NCBI GenBank assembly: GCA_051251915.1
Contig: JBPOGF010000013.1
Location: 72,010-136,009, forward strand
DNA length: 64,000 nucleotides
Direction of reading: 5' to 3'
DNA from: Akkermansiaceae bacterium
GTDB lineage: Bacteria; Verrucomicrobiota; Verrucomicrobiia; Verrucomicrobiales; Akkermansiaceae
Shown here: positions 42,786 through 52,402 of the stretch, one piece after another
Layout of the letters: the number at the start of each line of letters is the position of its first letter
How positions within the stretch are numbered: position 1 is the stretch's first letter
Translations under genes and position numbers: made by a program
Notes under the pieces: model-generated
Database searches by the model: none
What the model was told of the DNA's origin: nothing
The model's input: only the letters and a program-made list of their open reading frames with translations

Positions 42786-43000
42786 CTCCTACCCCCTCCC
42801 CTCTAGCCAGAAACAATACTTAAGAATAGCTTCATCGTGCACCATATTAGTGAAAATCCGCGAGATTCATGGTGAAAAATCCCTAACTTGATCGCCCACC
42901 ATCCTCCACCTAATCAATCCTAGCACACTTCTACATTCACACTTCAAAATTCAAACCTCTACCATCACCCTTCCCATAAAATAGCTTAAGCAACCTCCGG

Positions 43001-43127
43001 TAACCAGCATTGTCGGCGCTGGAGAGCATTGCAGCGCATGTCAAGGCGTGATGAAGGAGCGGATGAATATCCGTGACTGAAGAGCAACGAAGGCAGGTGG
43101 TGTAATGCTCCCCAGCCCGAAGGGTAT
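43001..43127. repeat. ERIC-like about 127-bp hairpin element (putative MITE)
   Basis: Arms GCTGGAGAGCATTGCA / TGTAATGCTCCCCAGC, central GAG-CGGAT-gaat-ATCCG-TGA, right end GAAGGGTAT. Confidence 0.55.
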
Positions 43128-43331
43128 TCTAAAACACCACCGCATGAAATGCGCTAGATATAAATTTATAGAGACGAAACGACGGCGATGTGGGTTGACG
43201 GAGCTTGCTTTATTTCATTATTTTACTTTTAAAACGCAACATTATTCCCTTTCGATGGTTATAAGTACACACTGAACTCAAGTCACAGGTTTTGCTTTGA
43301 CAAGTCTTCACGCTAAAACTATTTTTAAATT

Positions 43332-43763
43332 ATGAAAATCAATATCAGAAATACGCCGAAAAAAGGTTTCACACTCATGGAAATGATGATCGTCATGGGG
43401 ATTATTGCAGTCCTAGCTGGAGGCATGATCGGCCTACTCGGAGACTTTGATGAAGGCCCTAAAATTCAGAAAGCCGAAAACGAAATGCGCGCACTCAGTG
43501 CCACTCTCCTTCAATACAAGACTCTTGGAGGCAATTACCCAACCGAAGAACAAGGTCTCGAAGCTCTGGTCATTAAACCAACCAAAGACCCTATCCCAAG
43601 ACGCCACTCACCTATCAAAGCTCTCGCTAAAGATCCTTGGGGCAATGATTATATCTACAAATTGCCAGGAACCAAAGATCCCACTACCTACGAAATCATC
43701 TCCTATGGAGCCGATGGACAAGAAGGCGGAGGCGATGACATTAGCTCCCAAGATGAGCAATAA
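43332..43763 (+). CDS. gspG: T2SS major pseudopilin
   Basis: KKG/FTLMEM cleavage site, YPTEEQGLEAL, DPWGNDY, SYGADG...DDI. Confidence 0.92.
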   Translation: MKINIRNTPKKGFTLMEMMIVMGIIAVLAGGMIGLLGDFDEGPKIQKAENEMRALSATLLQYKTLGGNYPTEEQGLEALVIKPTKDPIPRRHSPIKALAKDPWGNDYIYKLPGTKDPTTYEIISYGADGQEGGGDDISSQDEQ

Positions 43764-43827
43764 TCACCATCCTGCGCACTCCTAACCCACCATAAAGAGA
43801 CTCGATCCACTTTCACATCGAAACACA

Positions 43828-44331
43828 TTGAACATCGCTCCACAGAACACGCATCGAGCCAGATCACGGTCAGGCTTCACTCTGATGGAATTGATGATTG
43901 TGATGGTGGTTGTCTCCATTGTCGTAGCAGGCTCCATTATAGCGCTTTCTAATGACGCCTCAGACGAGGTGCATACCCTCCCCTTAAAAATTGAGAAGTT
44001 AACCAAAAGATCGCTGGCCAAAGCTAAGATCGATAAACAAACTCAATACATTCTCATCTCACCCAGCCACATCTGGCAAAGCACAGACCCAAGCCAAACT
44101 CAACCGACTTCAGAATCTACCAACAAAGTCGACTTCCCACCCAACAGCTCTATTAGTTGCAAACGATTAGCAGACAATGGCTGGCACCAAATACGAACTC
44201 TCGACGACAAAGCAGTCTGGGCATTCTCTTCTTCTGGAATTTGTGAAGAAATGTCCATCATGATCCAGCTCGAAAAATCATCAGCTGAGATCCAATTTCA
44301 TCCACTCACGGCCGCTATTATTAAGAATTAG
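43828..44331 (+). CDS. Minor pseudopilin (GspH-like)
   Basis: RSG/FTLMELMIV prepilin motif; position after gspG. Confidence 0.75.
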   Translation: MNIAPQNTHRARSRSGFTLMELMIVMVVVSIVVAGSIIALSNDASDEVHTLPLKIEKLTKRSLAKAKIDKQTQYILISPSHIWQSTDPSQTQPTSESTNKVDFPPNSSISCKRLADNGWHQIRTLDDKAVWAFSSSGICEEMSIMIQLEKSSAEIQFHPLTAAIIKN

Positions 44332-44335
44332 AACG

Positions 44336-44812
44336 ATGAAAATGCATTTCACTCATTCTGCATACCCGAGCTACTCAGCAAAGCCTGTGAACAATAGCCA
44401 CAACAAGACCAGAAAAGGCTTTCTGCTCATGGAAGCACTCCTAGCCTTCTCCATCTTCGGTATTGCTGTCACCAGTATCGTCGTTGCTCTCAATCAAACT
44501 GCCAAAGTCAGCTATGAGATCAACCGCGAATCATGGTCGCAAACTCACCTGCAAAAGCTCATGAGAGAGGTCATCACCCTGCCGGTCACGGAAGAGGAAT
44601 TCCCTCGCGACGTCACCTTGGAGCTTAATGACGCCACCGCAAAAATCGTCGTCACACCATACACCGACACAACCCAGAACGAAGACTCCCTAGAGGTAAA
44701 TCTGGAGAACATGTATGAGATCAACATCACTCTTTACTGGGATGAAGATGGCATCGAGAAAAGCAAATCAGCAAACACCGTTCACTACTACCCATTACAC
44801 CAAACCAGATGA
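44336..44812 (+). CDS. Minor pseudopilin (GspI-like)
   Basis: RKG/FLLMEALL motif. Confidence 0.75.
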   Translation: MKMHFTHSAYPSYSAKPVNNSHNKTRKGFLLMEALLAFSIFGIAVTSIVVALNQTAKVSYEINRESWSQTHLQKLMREVITLPVTEEEFPRDVTLELNDATAKIVVTPYTDTTQNEDSLEVNLENMYEINITLYWDEDGIEKSKSANTVHYYPLHQTR

Positions 44813-45501
44813 AACATCATTTTCACCATAGTTCAGGGGCTGGGATTGGGACTAGGAATAGGCACTGCAACGATCATAGAATGGTCGCTCCGAAAAATGG
44901 CTTCACCTTACTAGAAGTCATCTTATCAATCGGCATCATGGCGCTCCTCATTGGCTCTGTCTTCACCATCACGAATGCTTCCGCCATGCTCAGCCAGAGC
45001 GTCGTTGTCAACCAAACTCAACATAGACATAAAGTCGCTTTTGAAAGTTATCTCGAGCGTATTTTCATCAACCTTCCCTATGATGCACAGATCACCCTCA
45101 CAGAAGAAGATTCTGCCCTCCAAAACCTTACCATCCAAAACCCAAGCACATTCTTTCCTAGCCTACAAAATGATTACTTCGCCACCCTCTTTGCCGTCAC
45201 CGCCACAAAAAACAGCGAAGACCTAATCGATGCGACCGCGTCGTGGCAAAGCCTCATCACCGAAGACACAGAAGAAACAACCACTGAAATCTCCACTGAA
45301 TACCAGCAGAGCATCACCCTCATCAGTAACCTCACCTCACTTCAATGGGAAATCTACTCTGCCACAGACGACACCTGGTACACCGCTTGGACCGTCGATC
45401 AAGGACAACCAACCCACGTCAGGCTCACCTACAGCCACTTATCTAACGAAGACCTAGAAACCATCACATTCTGGATCCCCCCAAGAGTAGAAAGCCAATA
45501 A
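44809..45501 (+). CDS. Minor pseudopilin (GspJ-like); start may be 44881
   Basis: KNG/FTLLEVIL motif, W...W...P C-terminal pattern. Confidence 0.75.
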   Translation: MKHHFHHSSGAGIGTRNRHCNDHRMVAPKNGFTLLEVILSIGIMALLIGSVFTITNASAMLSQSVVVNQTQHRHKVAFESYLERIFINLPYDAQITLTEEDSALQNLTIQNPSTFFPSLQNDYFATLFAVTATKNSEDLIDATASWQSLITEDTEETTTEISTEYQQSITLISNLTSLQWEIYSATDDTWYTAWTVDQGQPTHVRLTYSHLSNEDLETITFWIPPRVESQ

Positions 45502-45676
45502 AAATTGCTTCATTCTGCCAGTTCTGTGTAATTCCGTGTTTTCAGTGGTTCAAAATCTATTTCACAAGGCTTCATCGTGCACAAATTCGTGATCATTCGT
45601 GTAGATTCGTGGTAAAAAATCTCTCGTGTTAGATGCCCTAACCCATCTCTTGTTCTATTCTATTGCAGCTTACCCA

Positions 45677-46459
45677 CTAGAAGCTCACCGCAAAATAAAC
45701 TCCACCAAGCAAATAGTTTTTCGCTTCATCGTGGATACCTAATACAGCGGTGACATAAGGAGAAACCGAAACTGAGTCATTGACATTATACGTATACGAC
45801 AGTTTAGAAAACGCATGGTGAACACCATCTCGATCATAATAATCCGCTACCGCTGAAACACCTGCGTCCCACATCAAATATGAGTCAGAGTCCACTTCTT
45901 CATAGTAAGATAGCTTCGACTCGAAATAGAAACCTTCAGCACCAGTATCATAATTAATCGCCCCTGAGACATCAAAGGCATCGTTAATCTGGTAATTCAT
46001 ACTTAGCCCTAAATCCATTCCTGAATCAAAAATAGACTGCCCATACTCATGGTAAGCAAGCTTTGCTGAGTAGGTGAAATCTCCAGCTGATCTGCTAAGA
46101 TTAACGAAACCAGTCAGCTCAGAAAAATCGCCCCGCCCCGTCTCCGTTCCATAATATACTCCTGTATCGAGAGTAATATCATCGGAAAGTGCGATCTGAG
46201 CCGCCAACTGAAACTCCATGCTACTACTAGCGAGAGAAAAACCTCGATACACATATTCAGAACGCCACGAGGTAAGAGCCTCTATGCCATAGATCGCTTC
46301 TTTCTCCGCCTCTAACATGGCAGCCTCCTGCCTCATCAGAGCCGAATACTGATCATTAATACTAGGGCTGACATCATCTAATGCATCCTGAGCTGAGGCA
46401 GTAGTAACACTAACAGCAGCGCAGAATACAATGGCAGGAAAGGAATGGTAGTTCTTCAT
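45677..46459 (-). CDS. Second TorF-like outer-membrane beta-barrel
   Basis: Signal peptide from MKNYHSF, WRSEYVYRG, VSVSPYV, C-terminal VSF; similar to the 9652 gene. Confidence 0.7.
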   Translation of the reverse strand: MKNYHSFPAIVFCAAVSVTTASAQDALDDVSPSINDQYSALMRQEAAMLEAEKEAIYGIEALTSWRSEYVYRGFSLASSSMEFQLAAQIALSDDITLDTGVYYGTETGRGDFSELTGFVNLSRSAGDFTYSAKLAYHEYGQSIFDSGMDLGLSMNYQINDAFDVSGAINYDTGAEGFYFESKLSYYEEVDSDSYLMWDAGVSAVADYYDRDGVHHAFSKLSYTYNVNDSVSVSPYVTAVLGIHDEAKNYLLGGVYFAVSF

Positions 46460-46524
46460 ATTGATAATAGTGGCTTGGAGTCGGCTCGATGAAAAGGCTA
46501 GATCTCTAATGAAACACAAAACTC

Positions 46525-48939
46525 TTACCTTCTGCTACTAGAGCGGAATCGATTATTCTTAGGAGTCGCTTTTACTTTATCCACAGGCAGCTCTTCCTTT
46601 AGTCTAGGGAGGAGCTCACCAAATCGATCAGCACCATCGGCTAGCTCGTAGAATCTCTTATTGTTCTCCTTCATCGCTTGGAGTGTAGCGTCATTATTAA
46701 CGACTCTAGGCTGAATGAAGATCACTAATTCCTCTCTAATGCTAGATTTAGTAGTGGAAGTGAATAGCTTTTTGATACCAGGAATCTTGCTAAGTATAGG
46801 AACTCCGCTCACATCTTCCGAGTCCCGCTCTGTGATCAAGCCACCTAACGCCACAGTCCCGCCATTAGGAACAGTAATCGTCGTAAGTAATTCTTCTTTG
46901 CCAATAGTAGGAATGCTGTTTCCGTCAATCGTCTGACTACCCACAATGGTATCATTGGTCAATGAAACCTGTAGAGTCACCTCATCATCAGAATTTACCA
47001 ATGGAATCACCTCAAGCTTAAGCACCACATCCTTGAACTCAATATTCGTGCTCTGAGAAACAGTCCCAACAACACCCGTGCTTTGACTCAATGAATTAGT
47101 CGGCACCGCAATACTCTGACCAGAAGAGAGAACCGCCTTCTTATTGTTCGTAGTGTAAATAGTAGGTCGAGATAACAGCTTGAAATTCCCCGATGACTGC
47201 AGCGCTCTCAACGTTGGCAAGAAGTTGTTCCCTATCTTCCCATAGATAGAAAGACCCGCGATGGAATCAGGAATAGCATTCGTAGTTGTAGTCACTCCAT
47301 TCTCATCAGTAGTAGTCGTCGTCAGAGATGATGGATCTACTAGCAAAGGATAACCCGTGCGATTCTGTGCTGCAATGCTGTTCCCGTCGCTCGATTGATT
47401 CAACATAGCGAAGTCTATGCCGAAGTCACTACTATCCGTGATATTGTATCTACCGAAAATAGCCGTGATCTGCACCTGCTCAGAGGCAACATCCATTTCT
47501 TTGATCAACTCTTGTATCAAGCTGATACTCTGTGGTGGACCTTGAACAATGAGTGAATTGTTCGCATTGTCTGCTACGAGAAGTGTCTTCCCGACCAAGA
47601 GAGACTCAGGGTATTCCAAGCGCTCACTTTCAGCCAGACTTCCGTCAGTTCCTGTAGTCGTCGCAGTCGTATTAGCTCGATTCGCATTCGCATTATTTGC
47701 GCTCGCAGCGGAATCATTCGCAGTGCTGCTTTCTGTTCTTAAAATCGCATTGCTAGCTACTGGTAAGAATTCTGAAACAGAGAGGAACTTCAGCTTATGC
47801 TTGGAGTAACTCCTACGCTTGATCGGCTTATCAAAGTCAGCTATCACCGTTTCAGCAAACTCGATATCGATTGGTCTACCCATGACCCAAAGGCTGTTGG
47901 TTCGCGTAATCGCTAAGACCTTAATCAGATTTAAGTTCTGAGCCGTATTGAGAGTCGTATTATTATTGTTGTTGTTATTGTTATTGTTATTCTGGCCTCG
48001 TCCTCCACGGTTATCATTTGCCGCAGGAGCCGCATTCGGACTAGCATTCATCAGCGAACTTTGCTCTGCACTGAAATTCATGATCTCCTGAACTTGAGTC
48101 GCTACTTCCTCTGCATCAGCATGCTCAAGCTCAAACATCTTCTTCATTGAAAGCTCTTGTGGCATATCGATCTTACTCTTGATTTCGATTAGACTCTTAA
48201 TCAGTGCTGTGTTTTCAGTAATGATCAGCGAAGAGGTGTTCGGAACCGAAACGATCGACCCCTGTGGACTAAGTTCGCTCACCACCGAGTTAAAGACCTT
48301 CATCGCCTCATCAGGCTGAATGTGGTCAAACGTCATGACATAGGTCACCACTTTGTCTCCCTCAGGAAACACACCGCCATTACGGATCACTGGAATTCCG
48401 TTTTTACGAGAGTTCGTCGCCAAGACGAGCTTCACCACATTAGGATCATTCACACTAGGGAGGAACACCATGTCTTCGAGTAACACCGCTTGCTCTAGTA
48501 ACTCAGCTGCTTCACTATAAGTGAGTCCACCAGGCTGTACAAAACTGATTTGCTTAGCCATCGCCGCCTTACTCACAAGAACACGCTTACCAGTCCATTC
48601 CCAGTAAAGTTTAGCCATGACGTCGCCCGTCATAAATGGTTGCTCGATCGCCTCTTTACGCACTCGGTCACCTAATGCCCTTGGAACAGCATTAGGATTA
48701 TCATTTAAGTCAATCAGTGCAGGCGCCTCGATCGGCTCTGCTGGCTTAACAGGGGCTTGCGGCACTACCGGATCTTGCACCGGAGCTACTACTGGGGCTT
48801 CTGCTTCTGCTGGTACTGGGACCAATGCTGCTGGCTCAGGTGTAGTCGCGGGAGCCGGCGCCGGCGCAGGCCCTTGTGCATTACTGATCGAAGGAATGAG
48901 TAATAAATTGGCCAGGATAGTAAATTTTAGGTAGTTCAT
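46525..48939 (-). CDS. gspD: T2SS secretin
   Basis: N-domain repeats, QVQITA, LSRPTI, LEVIP, LGGLI...VPILSKIPGI..LF...REELVIFIQP; poly-Asn insert. Confidence 0.9.
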   Translation of the reverse strand: MNYLKFTILANLLLIPSISNAQGPAPAPAPATTPEPAALVPVPAEAEAPVVAPVQDPVVPQAPVKPAEPIEAPALIDLNDNPNAVPRALGDRVRKEAIEQPFMTGDVMAKLYWEWTGKRVLVSKAAMAKQISFVQPGGLTYSEAAELLEQAVLLEDMVFLPSVNDPNVVKLVLATNSRKNGIPVIRNGGVFPEGDKVVTYVMTFDHIQPDEAMKVFNSVVSELSPQGSIVSVPNTSSLIITENTALIKSLIEIKSKIDMPQELSMKKMFELEHADAEEVATQVQEIMNFSAEQSSLMNASPNAAPAANDNRGGRGQNNNNNNNNNNNTTLNTAQNLNLIKVLAITRTNSLWVMGRPIDIEFAETVIADFDKPIKRRSYSKHKLKFLSVSEFLPVASNAILRTESSTANDSAASANNANANRANTTATTTGTDGSLAESERLEYPESLLVGKTLLVADNANNSLIVQGPPQSISLIQELIKEMDVASEQVQITAIFGRYNITDSSDFGIDFAMLNQSSDGNSIAAQNRTGYPLLVDPSSLTTTTTDENGVTTTTNAIPDSIAGLSIYGKIGNNFLPTLRALQSSGNFKLLSRPTIYTTNNKKAVLSSGQSIAVPTNSLSQSTGVVGTVSQSTNIEFKDVVLKLEVIPLVNSDDEVTLQVSLTNDTIVGSQTIDGNSIPTIGKEELLTTITVPNGGTVALGGLITERDSEDVSGVPILSKIPGIKKLFTSTTKSSIREELVIFIQPRVVNNDATLQAMKENNKRFYELADGADRFGELLPRLKEELPVDKVKATPKNNRFRSSSRR

Positions 48940-49022
48940 TGTATTTTAAAGTATTAAATGGTTTAAAGCTGAAGAGAAATAATGCCTATTTCGACTTCTT
49001 TGATGTCAGAAAAATGAGATGT

Positions 49023-49661
49023 CTATTTCGACCTCTCACTCCTCTCTTTCATATATTTCATATATTTCTCCATCCGCTCACGTCTTTCTTTATCGCTGCC
49101 GCCTCTGTCTCCTCTGTCTCCTCTGTCTCCTCTGTCTCCTCTATCACCACCGCGTCCTCTATCGCCTCCTTTGCGGTCCGATGAACTTGATTTAGCAGGT
49201 TTGTAATTAGCAGCTAGGCTTTCTTGGTTATAATTAATCTTAAGCACTTGATCACCTACCTTAAGCGTAGCCGATGTGAGCTTGTAATCATCGACATTCT
49301 GAGTCACGTCTACCAACTTCAAATCCGAGTCACTAGCAGAGCCTTGTTCAATGATGATATTCTTAGTAGGTTCTTTCACATCCACCATCACAATCATCCA
49401 TTTATCCTGTAACCTAGTTACTCCACGGAGTTCATAGTCGGTCGTCGGCTCAGGCTCAGGCTCCGGTTCTGGTTCAGGAGGTGTGACCTTCTCTACTTTC
49501 TCCACCTTCTTAACCGCTTTGATTTTAAACGGGGAACGCTCTAATAAATTCGCGTAATTTTTGAATTCAGGAGTCTCAGGTATCTCAGCTTTCACGAGAG
49601 ACGTGCTGAGAGTGAAGACTCCTGCTAAGAGAATAAAGTTAATTGATTTCATGCTACACAT
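49023..49661 (-). CDS. T2SS accessory protein (GspC-like by position)
   Basis: ERSPF, (PE)n linker, LRGV, GDR-repeat tail; directly upstream of gspD. Confidence 0.55.
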   Translation of the reverse strand: MCSMKSINFILLAGVFTLSTSLVKAEIPETPEFKNYANLLERSPFKIKAVKKVEKVEKVTPPEPEPEPEPEPTTDYELRGVTRLQDKWMIVMVDVKEPTKNIIIEQGSASDSDLKLVDVTQNVDDYKLTSATLKVGDQVLKINYNQESLAANYKPAKSSSSDRKGGDRGRGGDRGDRGDRGDRGDRGGSDKERRERMEKYMKYMKERSERSK

Positions 49662-49705
49662 AGTTTTAGTTATATTAAAAAGTTATCGATCCAAGCAAGC
49701 ATAAA

Positions 49706-50236
49706 TTACTCACTACTAATGTATTGTTCAGCGATAATCTCACAATGGATCAATTGAGAATCTTTCGCGGGAGGGGTCAGTTTGAGGTAGCTCAAGATAC
49801 GCATTTTCTCAGGCTGATGGATCTCGACTAACCATTGGTAGATTTGCTTTTCTGTTGCTCTGGCTGCGATCTGCATTTTCACACTCTTATACATACTGTC
49901 GCTTACTTCATCATCTTGTAAGGTCAGCAACTTCTGCGTATCAGGATTAAACCCGAGCGCTTTGCTAGAAGAACTGAGAAAATTCTGCAGATCTGTCTGC
50001 GCATTCTGGAAACTCTTTACTGGCGGTGCGTTCTCATTCACCCACTCCACCTCCTCGTTGATAAGTGCCGCGGTGGCCTCCATCATTGAGTAATTCCTAT
50101 AAGTAGTTTTTAATCCATCAAGCTCAGCCGTTTGACTTGCATGTTTTTTCTTCAAGGAAACGCCGATGAATACATGAGCCAAGACCACCAAAATCAGCAA
50201 TAGCATGCCTCCTAAGTATTTTTCTCTTTTAGTCAT
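49706..50236 (-). CDS. GspM/PilO-like protein
   Basis: MTKREK + single TM helix + ferredoxin-like C-terminus. Confidence 0.65.
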   Translation of the reverse strand: MTKREKYLGGMLLLILVVLAHVFIGVSLKKKHASQTAELDGLKTTYRNYSMMEATAALINEEVEWVNENAPPVKSFQNAQTDLQNFLSSSSKALGFNPDTQKLLTLQDDEVSDSMYKSVKMQIAARATEKQIYQWLVEIHQPEKMRILSYLKLTPPAKDSQLIHCEIIAEQYISSE

Positions 50237-51453
50237 TATTGACCTCCTTTCTTAGTAGCTTCCATCGTGAAATTCCATAGCTTTGTTTTTTGATCCTCAG
50301 CTTTCACTGGCACAGTCCAGATGTATCCACTGAAGTAAGGTTCGTTCATGAGCGCAGGATGCAACTCATTGATAAGATTAATATTAGGAGAAACTCCTTT
50401 GATCAGCACTCGTCCTGATTCTACCTCCACGGCCTCAAACTGCAGCTTCTCATGCTCAGGGAGAAGCGATGCCACCTTTTCATAGGTTGCCAATGGCCAT
50501 TGATTAGTCAGTAAACCATCGAGCTCGCTGAGTTGTGATAAATTGTGCTGATACACGATCCATTGAGGTTCCAGTGCAGCAACGTCATTCCGAACTTGTT
50601 GGATTTCATTTTCAGTTTGCTTATGTTGCATGTAGATGAGCAAGCAACCTATCGCATAGAGACACAGACATGCCAAAACAGCGATCTTAATCTTCTTATT
50701 CCGCGTTTCCTTGGTTCGTGACTCGGTAACAAAGCCAGGGATCAGCTTAAGATCCTCTCGCTCACTTGTCGCCAAGCTAACCGAATCTACCAGTACCGTA
50801 GCGATTCCCAGCTCATTCTTTAGTTGCTCTTCCCGATGATCTCTCCACTCAGAATTCTCATCTTTTTCAATGATCAACGTTTGCGGATCATACTCTATCC
50901 CCTGAACCGAAAACTGGGTCAGTAATGATTTAATCTGTCTTAGAATCGATTCTGCCGAATCCGTTAACTCTGAGTAAAATGGCTGAGCGTTTTTATAACA
51001 AATAGTCACCCATCTCCCCTGTTCTCGCTTACAAAGAAGCGTGTCTAAATCCCCCACCTTATAGAACCGTGCCGCAACATCAAACGTCTGCTCCTGAATC
51101 TGTTTGCTAGGCACTATCGAATCCACCACCAAAGAAACCCCTGCACTCAGTGAACTCTCTGCATCTACCTGATAAAGATCCCAGCTGCTAGACTCTGATT
51201 TGACCAATCCAGTCTGCTCCATCTGTAACTGCGCTATCCCTCTCTGAGTATCACTATCCGCTGAAGGGATCACCATAGGCACCGTCGCCACAGCACTGAC
51301 AGGAAAAGCAATTCTCGTCTCTTTCGGAATAACCGTCGAATCATCCATTTCTGGTATCGATTTCTCCAGCGTCCAGCCATCCTGGCCCAGCAGCCAAAGT
51401 TCCCAGCCTAGCTCCTTAGCAGGCAATAAAATATGTTTAAGTAGTTTACTCAC
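50236..51453 (-). CDS. GspL/PilM-N-like protein
   Basis: Cytoplasmic domain, one TM helix, coiled coil and PilN-like end; operon position. Confidence 0.65.
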   Translation of the reverse strand: MSKLLKHILLPAKELGWELWLLGQDGWTLEKSIPEMDDSTVIPKETRIAFPVSAVATVPMVIPSADSDTQRGIAQLQMEQTGLVKSESSSWDLYQVDAESSLSAGVSLVVDSIVPSKQIQEQTFDVAARFYKVGDLDTLLCKREQGRWVTICYKNAQPFYSELTDSAESILRQIKSLLTQFSVQGIEYDPQTLIIEKDENSEWRDHREEQLKNELGIATVLVDSVSLATSEREDLKLIPGFVTESRTKETRNKKIKIAVLACLCLYAIGCLLIYMQHKQTENEIQQVRNDVAALEPQWIVYQHNLSQLSELDGLLTNQWPLATYEKVASLLPEHEKLQFEAVEVESGRVLIKGVSPNINLINELHPALMNEPYFSGYIWTVPVKAEDQKTKLWNFTMEATKKGGQ

Positions 51454-52402
51454 TTTCTAAAATTGTTTCTTGATAATAAAGGACATGTGGAACGTCACCT
51501 TGCCGACGAATGACCGCTTGAATTTTCTTACGATAATCTCCAGAATGGCCCACACTCTCCACTCTCAGTGTCGCACCCTGCAAGATAAATCGATTAAGTA
51601 TAAGCCTTCGGTTGATTTGCTCGGATTCGAGAGAATCTAGCGCCAAGGCGACCGATGCATGTCTAACATCATCAGTCGTCCCCAGCAGGCCGTCCTCACC
51701 TTTGATGTCTTGCACAAACTTCTCAGCATTGTCTAATTCCGTTTCTGCTACCACACTGAGTATCTCTGCCTCAGCCTCATGAATATCGATCCCTCCCTCA
51801 CTATACAAAGTGAACCATTCTTTCCAATTCGGATCTGCAGCTTCTACTTCATTGAACCCCTTGACTAAACTCACTTCCTCCAATGATTGAAAATTCCGGT
51901 TGAACGGACGCCCCTCAAACCCTTGTTCCTCATACCATTCATTTTCAGCACCATTCAGGCTCACGACATCATCTTTATCGACCCAGTCCACCATCGCATC
52001 AACTAATTCAGTCGCCTTCTCATCGTCATTGAGCCAGTGATTAAATAGATTTTTAAGGAGTAATTTATCACCCCTTCTGATCACATAGTTTAAGTTGATT
52101 CTAGAAGACTCAGATCTGATCTCCACATTGTAGCCTTCCTCTAAACCTTCTGGTTCATAGATCAACGCTTCGTCCCCACGCTCAATATCAGGATGAGACG
52201 CATAGCTCAGACCCTTGTGAGCTTGCAGCCATGCATTAAACTCGTGTTCATCAGAAATGGTCGACTCCGCATCGATTTGCAACAGCATGATCGTCACACT
52301 CAGAATCATCGACAGAAACGCAACCACCCAAATGACAGCAATGAGCGCAAACCCTTTTCGAGGGCCTTTTGGTTTTCTGTTTATGTTTCGAGTCTGCATC
52401 AT
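51446..52402 (-). CDS. gspK: T2SS pseudopilin GspK
   Basis: RKG/FALIAV (no Glu5), ESSRINLN, DWVDKDD...GAE, LEEVSLVKG. Confidence 0.85.
   Translation of the reverse strand: MMQTRNINRKPKGPRKGFALIAVIWVVAFLSMILSVTIMLLQIDAESTISDEHEFNAWLQAHKGLSYASHPDIERGDEALIYEPEGLEEGYNVEIRSESSRINLNYVIRRGDKLLLKNLFNHWLNDDEKATELVDAMVDWVDKDDVVSLNGAENEWYEEQGFEGRPFNRNFQSLEEVSLVKGFNEVEAADPNWKEWFTLYSEGGIDIHEAEAEILSVVAETELDNAEKFVQDIKGEDGLLGTTDDVRHASVALALDSLESEQINRRLILNRFILQGATLRVESVGHSGDYRKKIQAVIRRQGDVPHVLYYQETILESE

Noticed and set aside
47955..49480. Poly-Asn, (GDR)n and (PE)n DNA repeats as contingency loci
   Set aside because: Unit lengths are multiples of 3 and encode low-complexity linkers, so slippage would not switch frame.
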